Origin: Octopus sinensis | Taxonomy: Eukaryota | NCBI RefSeq assembly: GCF_006345805.1 | Contig: NC_043008.1 | Coordinates: 2,480,001 to 2,544,000, forward strand | Length of the DNA: 64,000 nt | Direction of reading: 5' to 3' | In this document: positions 1 to 13,421 of the stretch, piece after piece | How positions within the stretch are numbered: the first letter of the stretch is position 1 | Layout of the letters: each line of letters begins with the position of its first letter | Made by a program: the position numbers and the translations under genes | The notes under the pieces: generated by a model | The model's database searches: none | Told to the model about the DNA's origin: nothing | Seen by the model: only the letters and a program-made list of their open reading frames with translations

Positions 1-1209
1 TCTCATGCTCTACCTTTCCTCAAAACCTACTTTCGATATAGTTAAATACTCTTTTTCACTTTTTTTCATTATCGCAAAGAATCCGTTGATAAGCAAGCCT
101 CAAACCCAAAATCTAATTGTCACTAATTGTTCTTTTCCTGTATCTTGTCTGACCATTAGAGAAACCAGCAACACATTTTGTACAGTTATAATGTGTTTAA
201 CAATTACACATTTCTATCATATCTCACACAGATTTAAAAAGAAAACTGTATAAATAATACTTAATTAATTAAGCATTCTTCAAATTATTCAAGACAGAAA
301 TGAAAAATAAAAAGAGAGAAAATAAAAGAAACATATACAACATCTACACATACGTCTTCTAATTTAGATATATGCAATGTTTCTGAGATTAATGTGAAAC
401 ACAAAGAGACATACATTTTTAAATAGATAAGAAAAACGATTCAACAATGTCACACATCAGCGTTGATGACAGTAATATATGTTTGGCTGACAATAGCAAT
501 TCTTCAGTCTACAACTTATAATGTCTAATTCTATTTTCTTCATACAGTTCGGTTTTCTATTCTTCTCCTGTTAACACACTTCAATTAACGACAGTGCATG
601 CCGTATACTCTAACGAAAATAACAGTACAATTGTGTAGAAGACGATCATTGACTCTAACCGTTGAAACATCGGTGAATGCGATTTTAGCTGTAGGGTATA
701 CTGAATGTAATTCTCAAGCTCGCTTACCAACAGTGATGTTCACACTGCATATTATCTATATTCTGATACATTTCAATGAACTGACAACAACATGATTTCC
801 ATGTTACTAATACATCCACGAGCAGCACGACCATACAATGCAAGACATTTACTAAAGTTTCTGACCAATCCTATCACATCGCTGCATTCTTTATGTAATC
901 TAAACTAGTGAAATATTGCATAGAAATGTTGACTGTATATTTGTTACTGCTGCGGTTCGATCGCGAATCAGTAATAATCCAGTTGCAATAAAAAACAAAA
1001 ATATTGAGAGCACGCGGATTTTTTCAAAGTTTCCTGTGACCAATATTAGATTATACAATGCATCTTTTATATTAGAAGGTGGTTGTGAGTGGGATAGAGA
1101 TATAACGGTTATGCCAAGTTATTGAAGCTATCAGACGAGATTTATTATCGCTTCCTCGTACATCAGATAATGATATTACTGTCCACACATTGAACGGTTC
1201 CTTTTATCC

Positions 1210-1823
1210 ACAGGCGTCTTGTTCTCCAAGTTAATGCATGGCATTTTAAAAATATTCACAAGTACTTAAAGAACTCACTTTCATTGATAAAAATGAAGAA
1301 ATAAAAATTGTTTGCTGTTACATTTTATTGTCATTTGTGTTGTTCAACATTCATTTTTAGGAGCTTTTTGAAGAATTATGAAATACTTCAACATAGTTAT
1401 CGAAAGCTACGAAGTGTTGCTAAGTTGTTCCTATTGGTCGTAGTGGTGATATCTTTTGTTTTGTTTATAATTTTTAAAAATTATTTCCTGCTAGCAATGG
1501 CGTTTCTGGACATATGGGAAGCTGTATTTTAGCTGAGCAAAAATGTGTGATCATTGTGTGCACTTGTCGTGATAGATGCAGCAGCAGAATGCACTCATGT
1601 GTCTATATATAATGTGTGTATGAAATTTAACACACTCGCACAGACACACACACACACAAGAAGACACACAAGCACGCATATGCACACTCAGACATACACA
1701 CGGGCACACACATATATGCATATATATAGAGAGAGCTCCGTTAAGACATATAATCGCAATATTTTTAACGAGATGCCTGACAACACCGACTTACATATCG
1801 GTGAGTCACTGATAGAAAGACTG

Positions 1824-1874
<51 letters not shown>

Positions 1875-2287
1875 CGAAATATTATACAAATGAATGTAGG
1901 TATACTTAAATATCCATAGATACAATGCATAATTAGTGAAAGAAGTTGCTCAACCACAATACAGCTTCTCATATGTCCAGAAACAGCATTGCAACCAAAT
2001 AATATAAAACAAGAAAATCCATAAGCAAAAGTAGATAAAAATGACCACCACGACCAAGAACAATAAAATAGCGACACTTCGTAGCTTTCGATAACTATGT
2101 TGATGTCGAAGTATTTCATAATTCTTCAAAAAGCTCCTAAAGATGAATGTTGGACAAGATAAAGGACAATAAAATGTTAGAGCAAACAATTTTTATTTCT
2201 TCATTTTCATTAAGGAAAACGAGCTCTTTCGGTGCTTGTCAATATTTCTAAAACGCCATGCATTAACCCGGAGAACAAGAATCCTGT
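1210..2287. repeat. Long inverted repeat pair IR1 (arms ~1210-1540 and ~1946-2287, ~330-340 bp; spacer ~405 bp)
   Basis: The reverse complement of 1946-2287 aligns by eye with 1210-1540 (e.g. GGAGCTTTTTGAAGAATTATGAAATACTTC...AACATAGTTATCGAAAGCTACGAAGTGT is in both). The ORF track gives near-identical peptides on opposite strands (1308+ and 2189-). Confidence 0.93.
1825..1870. repeat. (TA)n microsatellite within the IR1 spacer
   Basis: Perfect TA run. Confidence 0.97.
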
Positions 2288-2377
2288 CGCTAAAACATTT
2301 ACGGCACAAATACCAACAGAGCACATGAGATAAGTATCGTATAAAATATCATCATTATATCATAAATAGATTTTAAG

Positions 2378-2409
<32 letters not shown>

Positions 2410-2695
2410 CGGTATGTGTATATAATTGTTTATTCTTGTTTCATTCATTTGACTACGGCCTTGCTGGAGCAGCACATTCAGTCTAACAAATTGACTCCAG
2501 GTCTTATTCTCTGTAAGCCTACTACTCATCTTTTGTCGGACCGTTAAGTTATAGCGACGTAAGCACACCAACGTCGGTTATGAAGGTTGGTGATGATGTA
2601 GAGATACAGACATACAAATACACACACACACACACGCACATATATATATGGGGAGAGTTTACGAAAAAAATACTAAAGACGAAGACAGGTGGTGT

Positions 2696-2737
<42 letters not shown>

Positions 2738-2755
2738 TTATATATATTTATAAAT

Positions 2756-2787
<32 letters not shown>

Positions 2788-3913
2788 TATGTATGCATTT
2801 ATCGCACGTACATGTGAGCTTGTGTGTAGTTGGGATTGCACATGCACAACCGCCTTGTGCTCGTGTTTAATCTCTACTGTTTTTGAATGCATATGTAGAC
2901 GTGATTACTTTTGACGTGGCATATATACACATGTGATATCATTAAGAACAGTCGTATGCCCTGTGTAATGCGATTGCATACAACATAAAAATATCTACGG
3001 AGATAGCCTTTCACGTTAGAATGTTATACAGTCATACGCAGTGCGATATCGACTGTCATTAAATATCAGAAATAATTCCAGAAAAGGCCCTGTGGAATGC
3101 CGAGTTTTGAAATTCTGATATATAGTATCCATCGGGAATTTAAAGTCTTTCGATCTACGAAATATTTGCACTGATGATGCTCTCTCTATAGAATTATTAT
3201 ACATATAAATTTATATATGTGATGCATTAGCCAACACACCTCTCGCAAATCATTTTAGCATCTTAATCTAGTGTGTTATTGTCGCTGCTATTCTGTCTCG
3301 TGAATTCGATTCAACGGCAATCTGTCTCCGCAAGTCTTCTGTATTCTAGATTATCAATTACAGGAGATTCCTAACTGTAAACAAAACATGTCTTGTCTCG
3401 CTAAAATAGCGGAAAAGTTTGTACATAATGCTTATTTCACAATGGTGTGCTATACGTTACTATCTATGATTATATAAAACAGTATAAATTTGCTGCGTAG
3501 ATTAATTTATTGCCTGTGTGTAATAGTATGTTTCTTGTACTTTTGTTTTTCTTTCATTCCTAGGTTTGCAAGAATGAAGCACAAAGATAATCAGGAGCGG
3601 ACGTGACTTAATTTTCTTTATTTTTTTGTTTCCTACAAGACAATATGCGTACTCTAAAGTTGAAATGTATGTATGAACAGGAGTATGTGTATATATGACT
3701 GAAGAAATAGGGTTAGTCAAATACTATTGTCATTATGGAAATACTTTTGTAGATATGTAAATATGTGTGCGCATGTGCGTGTGCGCGCGCGTGCTGTGTA
3801 TGCCAGCGCGCTTATGTGCATATCGGTGTGGCAGTGTCTATGTTTACTTTGAATATAACTTATTCTCAAAATCTGATCGAACTTGTGAATTTTATTCCGA
3901 ATTCCAAACTTAA

Positions 3914-3987
3914 ATACGACAGGCTTCTTTCAGTTTCCGTCTACCAAATCCACTCACATGGCTTTGGTCGGCCAGGGGTTATATAGC
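3914..3987 (-). mobile_element. Fragment of tRNA-derived SINE family A
   Basis: Reverse complement of the CCGACCAAAGCC.TGTGAGTGGATTTGGTAGACGGAAACTGAAAGAAGCC segment, also seen at 59685-59740 and 60660-60700. Confidence 0.85.
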
Positions 3988-3993
3988 ATGTAC

Positions 3994-4040
<47 letters not shown>

Positions 4041-5214
4041 CTGTGTGTGTGTGAGTGTGTGTGCGCTTGGTTTTTGCACTCATATCTACTAATGTATATG
4101 GTTGGTTGAGTACATATTTGTATGTGTATACAAATATAATGGTGCGAAAAGCTGTGAGTGAATGTAAAATACAGATCGCAGTCTGTACATGAAATTATGT
4201 CTCTATGTATTTCACAATAGAATTTATGTACAAAACATTTGGTGACTTTTATTGTTTTATATCAAGATTGTTCAGATGCTTTGTAGTATTGTAGTTCTGT
4301 TTATTTAATTACTTTTTGTTGCTTTATCTACGATGTAGCATAGTCTGCTAACAATTATCTTGCTGCAGGTGTGCATGGAAAAAAAATGTTCTTCAGTAAT
4401 TGATATTATTCGTCTTGAAGACATATTTGATCAAGCAGGAAAGTGGTTAAAAGTGCCGCGGGTTTCACAATCTCATCTGTTGTTGATGATTCTAATATCA
4501 CTAAATTTGGTCTGGGAGTATTACAAATGATATTTGTGAAATATGCGACAATGCTGTTCATGACCCTGCATAAATTCAAACAATCTCATCCATTCCCGAT
4601 TCATTTTCATTCTTGATTTCCTCTTTGGAATTTCAATAATGTGGTCTACGGTGTGTGTGTTTTTTGTCTGTCTATTTATCTATTTATTTCTATCATTTCC
4701 GTTTAAAGTCCACTTAGTGATTACAAATATTCCGCCACTCTTAATTTACAAAGATCCGAGATCGTTTCATTGTGAAGAAAAATGTAGATAGAGCTAACTT
4801 TATTTATTTATTTATTCATAACTAAATATGTAAGCATAGGAATATATAAAACGTACGGGAAAATGTAGATGATAAATAATTGGTAAGTAGTTCTATTACA
4901 AAAAAAACCCTTAAATGTTAGATTAGATCGATCCCAGATTTCACGTGTTTCTACGTGAAAGAATATAAATTACGGAGGTGCAAACTGCTAGGGTTATCTT
5001 CGAGACGACTTACACATTGGTGAACAATCTAGATTTCTGTATCTGATATCAATAATATATATCATAATTAATACGCATTCCCCAGTATAAAAACATTAAT
5101 TCCTTTGTTTTGTTTTCTTGACAATGTTTGGTTCTTTTATCGAATCTGTAATGATTGTACAAGAAATATATATACATGTAGATATGTATATATATAGAGA
5201 GAGAGGCAGATAAG

Positions 5215-5271
<57 letters not shown>

Positions 5272-5574
5272 GTGTGTGCATGTGTGTGTGTGTGTGTGTA
5301 GGTATGTATATCTATGTGTGTGTGTGTGTGTAGGTATTTATATCTATGTGTGTGTGTGTACGTGCGTGTTTGTGTGTACACGCGTGAAATCACGAAGCAG
5401 AATTAATGTTCCTACAAAGTGATATTAAGCCGAAATATAGCGGTCGCAACATCATCTGTGATTCTTGCATAATCTTAAACTTAACTATGATTGTAATTTT
5501 AAAGATATACTGCACAAAAAATATTTTTTTACTTTAAATGGAAGTTCATTTCTTCTGCTATTTCCTTTTTTTTT

Positions 5575-6335
5575 TTTTACATAATTGCAAATTCCTTGGC
5601 TAATACATTTGGAAGATATGTACTAAGCAAATTTGCCCAGTTAATATGGAGGCTTTGAACGCGGGAAAACTGCAAATACTTACATATATAAATATACGCG
5701 CAAAATAAAACTACACGTTTGCTAGTTTATTCACATAATTTTGGAGTGCTAATACGTACAATATACAGGTTCTAATTCGAAGACGTATAACTTTGATGTT
5801 GTCCAACATTCATAATATTAATAATAATGTAGTGTTATTGCTGCTATTCTAATCTTTGATATTGTGATTTTGGTGATTGCGATGGTTGTGGTGGAGTTAG
5901 AGGTGTTGGTGGTATTTAATCTACAAATTTGTATTACTTATTTCTAGGCCTGTAACGACCGAGCTATCTCATATCCAAATGTACATCTTCTGATTTAGTT
6001 ACGTTTTGTACAGTTTGTATTATCTCTACAAAATCTGGCTGTTACTTTTCAGAGACCTCTCTGCAAAGTTCATTGACTCTTCCATTTCAAGTGCGATTGT
6101 GTTGAAATGAGTGTCATAGGGGTTATGAGCTTTATACGCTTTAATAATTTCATACGTAAACATCTACATGTGTATGTGAATAAACTAGCCAACATTTAAT
6201 TATTTTTGCGTGTATATTTATATACGTAAGTACTTGCGGTTTTCCCGCGCGTTAAAAGCCTCCATATTAACTGGCAAATTTACTTAGTACATCTCTTCCA
6301 AATATATTAACCAAGGAATTAGCAATTATGTAAAA
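5575..6335. repeat. Long inverted repeat pair IR2 (arms ~5575-5736 and ~6173-6335, ~160 bp; spacer ~436 bp)
   Basis: TTACATAATTGCAAATTCCTTGGCTAATACATTTGGAAGATATGTACTAAGCAAATTTGCCCAGTTAATATGGAGGCTTT... matches the reverse complement of 6173-6335 with scattered substitutions. Confidence 0.92.
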
Positions 6336-7985
6336 TACTGATTATGCATTTTGCAGGACATTCAGCCTTCGACCTTGATAAGCTAGAGCGCCTCTTTAGC
6401 CTTCTTACGTAGACTACTAAGCCTGTTTCGCTGTAACGGGCAATTATTTCTTATTTGATTTCTTTTAACCGAAAGCCTATTAAATGCCCTGTCCAGATTA
6501 GAATTCTTAAGTTAAGTTTATTTATTCAATCAATTTTGCTGATGATCATAATATTCGATTATGCATACTAGAACGCGTTTGGGTGCCATCTGATTGCAAA
6601 TTGTGTGTTAACTGCGGTGCCATTTGTAGCAAGACTTGAGTTCACTCGTAGTCTTGTTTCTCAGCAATAGCAATTATATGCATTGCTTCCCATAATGAAA
6701 AACATACATATTAGTTATAGCAGCTCATAGATCAGCATTAAAAGTATGATGCATATTTTACTGTCAAAAAGAGGGCAATTATTAACATAGATCCTGCGTT
6801 TCTTTGTAATATATATGATATTCGAGACAGTGTCGAGTCTCTCCTTATCATCGCATTCTCAATGCTTTTTCGTCACATCAGTGCCAGGTATGTATGCCTA
6901 TGTTGAAAAGCAATCAAATGTTCGCCATTCTGTTATTTATTATTCTTTGAGGTATTTTGTGTTTGTTTATCTTTGTCAGACTTAGCCTTTGACTTTCTTT
7001 TGTGTTGTATGGTGAATGTGTGACTTATGTTACCTTCCGCTGATATCATTAATAAATCCAGCAACTTCGCTTTAAGTGTTATTTGTCTAATGTTACTAGC
7101 GGCAAAAGATTTGTTAATTCTGTCAGTGGAGTCAATAAGGTTGAAGTCTTTCGTAGAATTGGTAAGTATTACAATGTTCGATTGGTGTTATGGTGGTGGC
7201 TTTAGAGGTCTTCTTAATTTCAACAGCGTTGTCGTTGTTATAAATAAACATGTCATCTCCGATTGTGATGATAATTGCAGAGGTGTTGTCATTGGTGACA
7301 ATATCGAGGATACAAGGTGTTAAACAGCGAAAGTGATGTCCTCGTCTACTGACACCTATACATATATATTAGTTTCAATTCATACTCATCTATACATTGC
7401 GATATTGATTAAAAGCAAGTAAAATCCCGTGTTCCTCTTTAAATACCTACCTATACACATACACACACACGTACACTTATAGTGTGAATGATAGATACAT
7501 ATATGTCTATGTGTGTTAGTCCGTGAAGATGCTCGCGCACGCGCATGATTTGATGTATCAATAATGTAGCCATATATATATATATATATATATTTAACAG
7601 CATTTATATTTGATCACATATTACTAAAATGAAATTATGTAATCAGAAATGACAAAATCAATTGCTTCCCTATTGCAAATATCTAAGTAAGAATCGGCGT
7701 TCTTTCAGATGCATTACGTTTCAGAATTTGGATTGCTATCGATGAGGAAGGAAATATTACTGTTTGGATATGGAAGATGAATATGATACTGATGATGATA
7801 ATCAGACGGATGTTTAAGGTAGGTTGGGTGATATTTTGCTTGTTGAATATTTAATGGGATTCCCGAAAGAGCAGACCAAAGATTAAATATATCCTCACTG
7901 ATTTTATCTCGTCGGCTTTACTAGTATCATACACCAAGGAATATATCCATGCAGTTACCTATTTTACGATGCTAGCGTGTAATAT

Positions 7986-8129
7986 GGCGGCGAGATGGCA
8001 GAAACGTTAGCACGCCGGGCGAAATGTAATCGACTTAATCCCTTTGTCCCTGTTTATTCTCTCTATGTTTAATCCCTTGCGGGCAATAACGAAATAAGAA
8101 ACGTTAGCACGCCGGGCGAAATGCTTAGC
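7986..8129 (+). mobile_element. SINE family B: internally deleted copy followed by a second 5' head
   Basis: The head GGCGGCGAGATGGCAGAAACGTTAGCACGCCGGGCGAAATG is joined directly to the 3' part TAATCGACTTAATCC. The head AGAAACGTTAGCACGCCGGGCGAAATG is repeated at ~8098-8123. Same family as 56010-56215. Confidence 0.8.
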
Positions 8130-8524
8130 CACCACAACATACACGCAACACTCCACATCCTCACCCGCACCCTAAACTCACGATCCACCCTCACATCCCC
8201 ACACCCCATCGCCACCACACCACCACATCAGACCACCTTACACCACTCTACACACACTAACATTAACCGCTTCCCAACACCCAACCCATCATGCACACAC
8301 CCACATATTACAGATGCATACACACAAACACACATCTACACGTCAACCACCCAGTCCCACACGCACACAAATACACACCCTCACATAAATGCATGCACAC
8401 CTTCGTTTTCTGATCACCAATGCATTATTATCTCTCCTTCTTCCTACCTCTCCTGCCTAACTCGCTTTCTCCAGCCAATGACCATGATTGGCCTCTAACT
8501 CCAAAAGTTTATTCCCTCGTGTTC

Positions 8525-8560
8525 CTTTCTATTGAAGAGCGTAGGCTCGAAACGTAAAAG
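8525..8560 (+). ncRNA. Degenerate minimal type I hammerhead-ribozyme motif (family B), probably in a Penelope-like LTR remnant
   Basis: cttt-CTATTGA-A-GAGC-gtag-GCTC-GAAA-CGT-A-aaag: 4-bp stem I, 4-bp stem II, palindromic ACGT stem III, GUA site. The core differs from CUGAUGA at two positions. Confidence 0.55.
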
Positions 8561-8657
8561 ACTTTCTCACCTTCCCGAGCGTCAAATTAATGCCCCTGCT
8601 TGTTGTTTATACACATGTCTTCGTCTTTTGCTTTTCTGTGAATTTTAACTATATATG

Positions 8658-8691
<34 letters not shown>

Positions 8692-9242
8692 CATGCATAC
8701 ACAGATTTATGCAGATATCGATATTTATATATGTATAGCGACTGCTAACTTACTTCACAGTTTATTTCATAGATTAATTAGTATTTAATTATATATTCAT
8801 TCGGTTAATAGGTTGAGTGATCACATGGCAGCATAAAATTTAAAAGCTCTTGAACTACAATCGGGTGGAAGTGCTTACGATGAGTAGGTATTAATGAAAA
8901 AAAAAATCAGAAATATTTTAAAGAATAAATAAAAGAACATGGACTGGGATAATGCTCACATAATTTTATATTTATTTTAAAGATGAATTTCGACCAGCGA
9001 CTCTCTGATACTACTAGTGCATGCGACGCACTGTATATCGAAAGTACATCTAATGATGATAAATACTGTTTGCTGGCAGATGGTAATAACGATTACGTCG
9101 TTCGCGATGTAGTGTTGATAAGGATATTTATATTATATTGCCAGTAATATTGTCCAAGCAAACACAACATCACTCATGTACTCTCGTGCATTCCTCTCAC
9201 AAATTCTCCCCCCCCCCCAATGTGAATATACTGTTTTAACGT

Positions 9243-9450
9243 GGCGGTAAGATGGCTGAATCGTTAGACCATCGATCGAAATGCTTTGAGGTATTTCGTC
9301 CATTTTACTCTCTTTCAAATTCTGCCGAGGTCTGATGTGCATACCATCCTTTCAGGGACAATAAAATAACTATCAGTTGACCACTGACATTGAAATCATC
9401 AACTGACTCCATTCCCACGAACCTCTGGGCCATGTATCAAAATTTTAAAT
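9243..9450 (+). mobile_element. Older diverged SINE family B copy
   Basis: GGCGGTAAGATGGCTGAATCGTTAG...CGAAATGCTT...GGTATTTCGTC...TTCAAATTCTGCCGAGGTC...CATCCTTTCAGGG is colinear with 56010-56215. Confidence 0.7.
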
Positions 9451-9989
9451 CAATCTCAATATATTATGTACCCGTGGCTTTCCCACTTCCTTTTTTTCTT
9501 TAAATTCCCCAAATATAGATGTGCAACCAAACGTATTGGACGTACAGAGTATTCAAGCGCAATGACAATCATTTATCAGTTGTTACAAAGCCACATATTT
9601 ATATAATTGTTATTAAATTATTTATCATATATTTCAATACTTAATATGGACATGCCAAATGAAGTAAAGTGATTAATTGATAATAAAGAAAAACTGAAAG
9701 CGCATGACGTGTTACAAAGCCTGAACAATAATATGCGAAACGTTACCAAATTACAAGTCATAAGGACCTTTTGAAAAGATAATGACGATGAGAAATATTA
9801 GGGTTAGGAAAGACTGTTCCCAAAATTATAATGATGATGCAGAATCAGATGTTGACGTAGCAGACAAAATAATACATTTTACTAACGATTCTAATTCCCA
9901 TATGCCAAAACCTATACCCGCACAGCTTTCTTCGCGTCTTCTTGATATACACCTCCCAGAGTGCATGTACAATTTCCAAAACTGCTGGA

Positions 9990-10225
9990 ACATTGAGGGA
10001 ACTGTCTTCTAATATAGTTTCGAGCCAATCAAAACCTTTTAAGTGGATATGATAGACGGAAACTGTAAGAACTCCGTCGTATATGTGCGTGGATGTGTGT
10101 GAGTGTTTGAGTACGTGTGCGTGTGTGTGCCTGTCAGTCTGTCTGCGCTTGCCTCGACGACTGCATGTTAACCGGTGTTGGTACCCTTATATTCCTGTAA
10201 CTTAACGGTCCAGCAAATATGATGG
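9990..10225 (+). mobile_element. Diverged SINE family A copy (middle and 3' part)
   Basis: TGTCTTCTAATATAG...AGTGGATATGATAGACGGAAACTGTAAGAAC.CCGTCGTATATG, a (TG)-rich spacer, then GTAACTTAACGGT. Colinear with 60587-60944. Confidence 0.7.
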
Positions 10226-13200
10226 CAAAGAAAAACATGATCTGTAAGAACTGTTAAACCAATGTAACAGCTGTAATTAAAATAATTCGGAAGGCGGATT
10301 TAGTATTACGATATAATTCGTGCAACCATAATTCTGTGTAATCCAAATCAAAGTATTATTTAACGTTATGTAACTGACAAGGTCGATGACAGAAAGGTTT
10401 TTAACTAAATAGCTGTTCAGCTGTGAAAGCAATCCGGTGATATACGGCAAAAAATGTAAAATATCTGCCATGACAAGTAACATTTCTCTTCACAAGAAAG
10501 CCTAGTTGCACTGCTAATCAAGTTATTTTTGCTGTTAAGATTACATTGTTTATGTGTGTTTTATAGTCGCCAGATAAGATACGATACACGAGAAATATAA
10601 TTAAGCGTAGCAATGTTGTGATAATGCAATGTTGTTGTTTTTTAATACTATGCATAGGTTAGACAATTCCCAAGACGTCTCCATTTTTGAAGAGGTATGG
10701 ATGTTATTCCAGAGGGCTTTTCCTGCTATTTCAAGTTGAATGAACCATCCCAAGAGACTCCCGCATCATCTTTTAGAATATTTGATTATTTTGGTGTGTA
10801 CAATAGACTTATTTTTTTAACGTTCTTTCGACATCAGATTTAGTATTTCGCATTCAATTTGAAATTTACGGTGCAGCAAATCATTCGAATATAAAAAGAC
10901 AATGTCGGGCTCTCTTATGGTAGAATTGCGCCATACCATTCTGAAATTATTGACCATCTCTGAGATTAGCAGATAAACTGTTCCTAGTTTTGCTGATATT
11001 AAAGCGATTAGGAGTTGCGTTAAAGATCTCGGTGACAGGTGACATTTCCTTTTCTTGTTCTGTATTCAAGGGGTAGAAAATCGATCAGATTTACTACATA
11101 ATTTACTATTGCTCTGAACAACTTATCTTTGATATACCCAGGACATTGTTTGTGTCTTAAGAAGGTAGGGACTGCCTTCAACACTATTCACTTATGTCTA
11201 TCACACAAGATAATGTACGTTACGTTCTTAGATTGTGTGAATAACGGATTTCGTTTTAAACCTGCCGATATAGAAAGTTGTTTTATTCCCGCCAAACACG
11301 TGTACGAAAAGAAATGTACAGATGGGTTTATGGCGAAGAGAAATAGCTCGTGTATGTGTGCATGGAAATGTTTGTGTGTGTATTTGTGTTGGAGTGTCTG
11401 TTATGTACACTTTATAAATGGACTTGCTGACGTTTATGCAGCTCTACATAAACGATTATACCGAAAAACATAACAAACATAGTTATCCAGCAGATAAATC
11501 TTATTCAATTGCCATACAATTTATACATTTGGTCCAAAATTTACAGCTGCTTTCACCATTTGCTCATGCACTTAAAGTTTTCTAAGATGATAGACGAGAA
11601 ATCATTCGCTTAGATTAATTTTCCATCCAAAAACCGTCGATTCTGTTGTTATGGATACGTCATTAGTTATTGTTGTCTTGTTTTTTTAGCACCAAAATCA
11701 GAACTCATTTAGGATATGTTACAAAATATATACCTACGCGATGAACTTCATTTTTTTTTATTCGGACACGCTTACACACTCACATACTCACACGCACACA
11801 CATTCTCTGACTCCCTCCTCACTCACACCTAAATATATATATGCACATTTCGTTCGATACCAAAAATGTCTATATCAGCATATGTAAATCAAATGCCAGC
11901 ACTCGTGAGAACCCAATGTGCAACGATCTTTTCGTTTCAAAGGCGATTCCTTTCTAATATCGCAGCTTTCCATCCGTCTTGATGACAGTGAGACTATACA
12001 TTTCCTACAACTAATCTACACACCTCACGTCAATGCTCCATTTCATCTATAACAAAAAACCTGGAGAGCATCCTCCACAGGTACCATGACAACTTCGTCT
12101 TTTTGAGTTTTTGGCAGAATAAAATCAAGTGCTACTGTAATCAAGAGAGTACCTTCGTACTCCCACTGAAAGCACTTGCAGTCATATTCAATGTTGGGAT
12201 CTTTATCACAAAGAATTTTTTCCTAGCGAAAATACATCCTTTCGCTTAGATGTCATCACGTTAGAAATAGTGCTCTATTTTTTGTTGTTTCTTTTTTCTC
12301 GATCCTATATTTCAGTCTTCCGATCGCTGATGAATGTCTAAAAGCCTCAACTATAGTGCAAAACTGAGTATTGCTACCACACCTCACATGGTGGTAACAC
12401 CACACAAGCATGTATCCTGTACTACTGAATCAAGAGAAGAGTAAATCAACAGACTGGGAATCCCTTAATGATGGGCAGAATCATAGCTTTCGGCCCCATA
12501 CTAGTGTTATTTCCTCTCGCTGTATTGTTGTTTTAAGCTATAATATCTGTAGCTGGTTGAGTACCCCAAATATTTCGGTACTTTGACACACATATCACAC
12601 TATTCACTTGCCCTTCTTGTGTCTAACCCACCTCCTAGGATCTGCGTTATATATTACCTCCAATTATTTCTCTAGCGAGTATTATTCATTGACAATTACC
12701 ACACATATGGCAATTTTTTTATTCAAACTTGCAACTGCTCAACGGTCTTGGAAAGAATGCAATTGTCGTAGGCAATGCCCTTTCGTCAGATCCAATGGAT
12801 AAGAAATAAATCGGCCGACGTGTTAATTTGGTTCTCATTCGTAACCGGTCAACTCACGGATCAACGATTTCACTCTTTCTATTTCATTTTTCCCGGGCGC
12901 CCCTGATAATGTTTCACGCTTACATCAATTATTCAAACATCCCCATTAACAGCAAACTATTTAGTAGCTTGTTGTTCAGTTGCGAATTTAGCAATAATCT
13001 CCATCATATCATAGTATGACCCAAATACTTAAATTGATCTTCAACGGATAACAGATATTCGACCGATAAGCAGCATTAAGATGCTCAGCATGTTTTCTTT
13101 CATAAGGATTGTGAACACTGGGTTAAAGGTGTCGTCATCGATGAGCTCTCTTTATATCACTCGGAAATGAACTAAAATATATTTAGCTGATATTTCTAGC

Positions 13201-13364
13201 ATACGGTTATTTCTAGGATCGTTGGTATGGAAAGGAGCGGTAGCGTAGCAATTGACGTCATGAGGATTGGTAATATCTGCGTCTACTCTTGTATTTTGTT
13301 GGTGTGAGTAAAATAGTGGATCGGGTGCTATTAAGCACTCACATAGAAACACACACGTGCACAG

Positions 13365-13421
<57 letters not shown>

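Noticed and set aside
1308-2189. Near-identical peptides 1308+ and 2189- that look like a duplicated small-protein gene
   Set aside because: They are explained by inverted repeat IR1. Both start at TTG, diverge out of frame and resemble no known protein.
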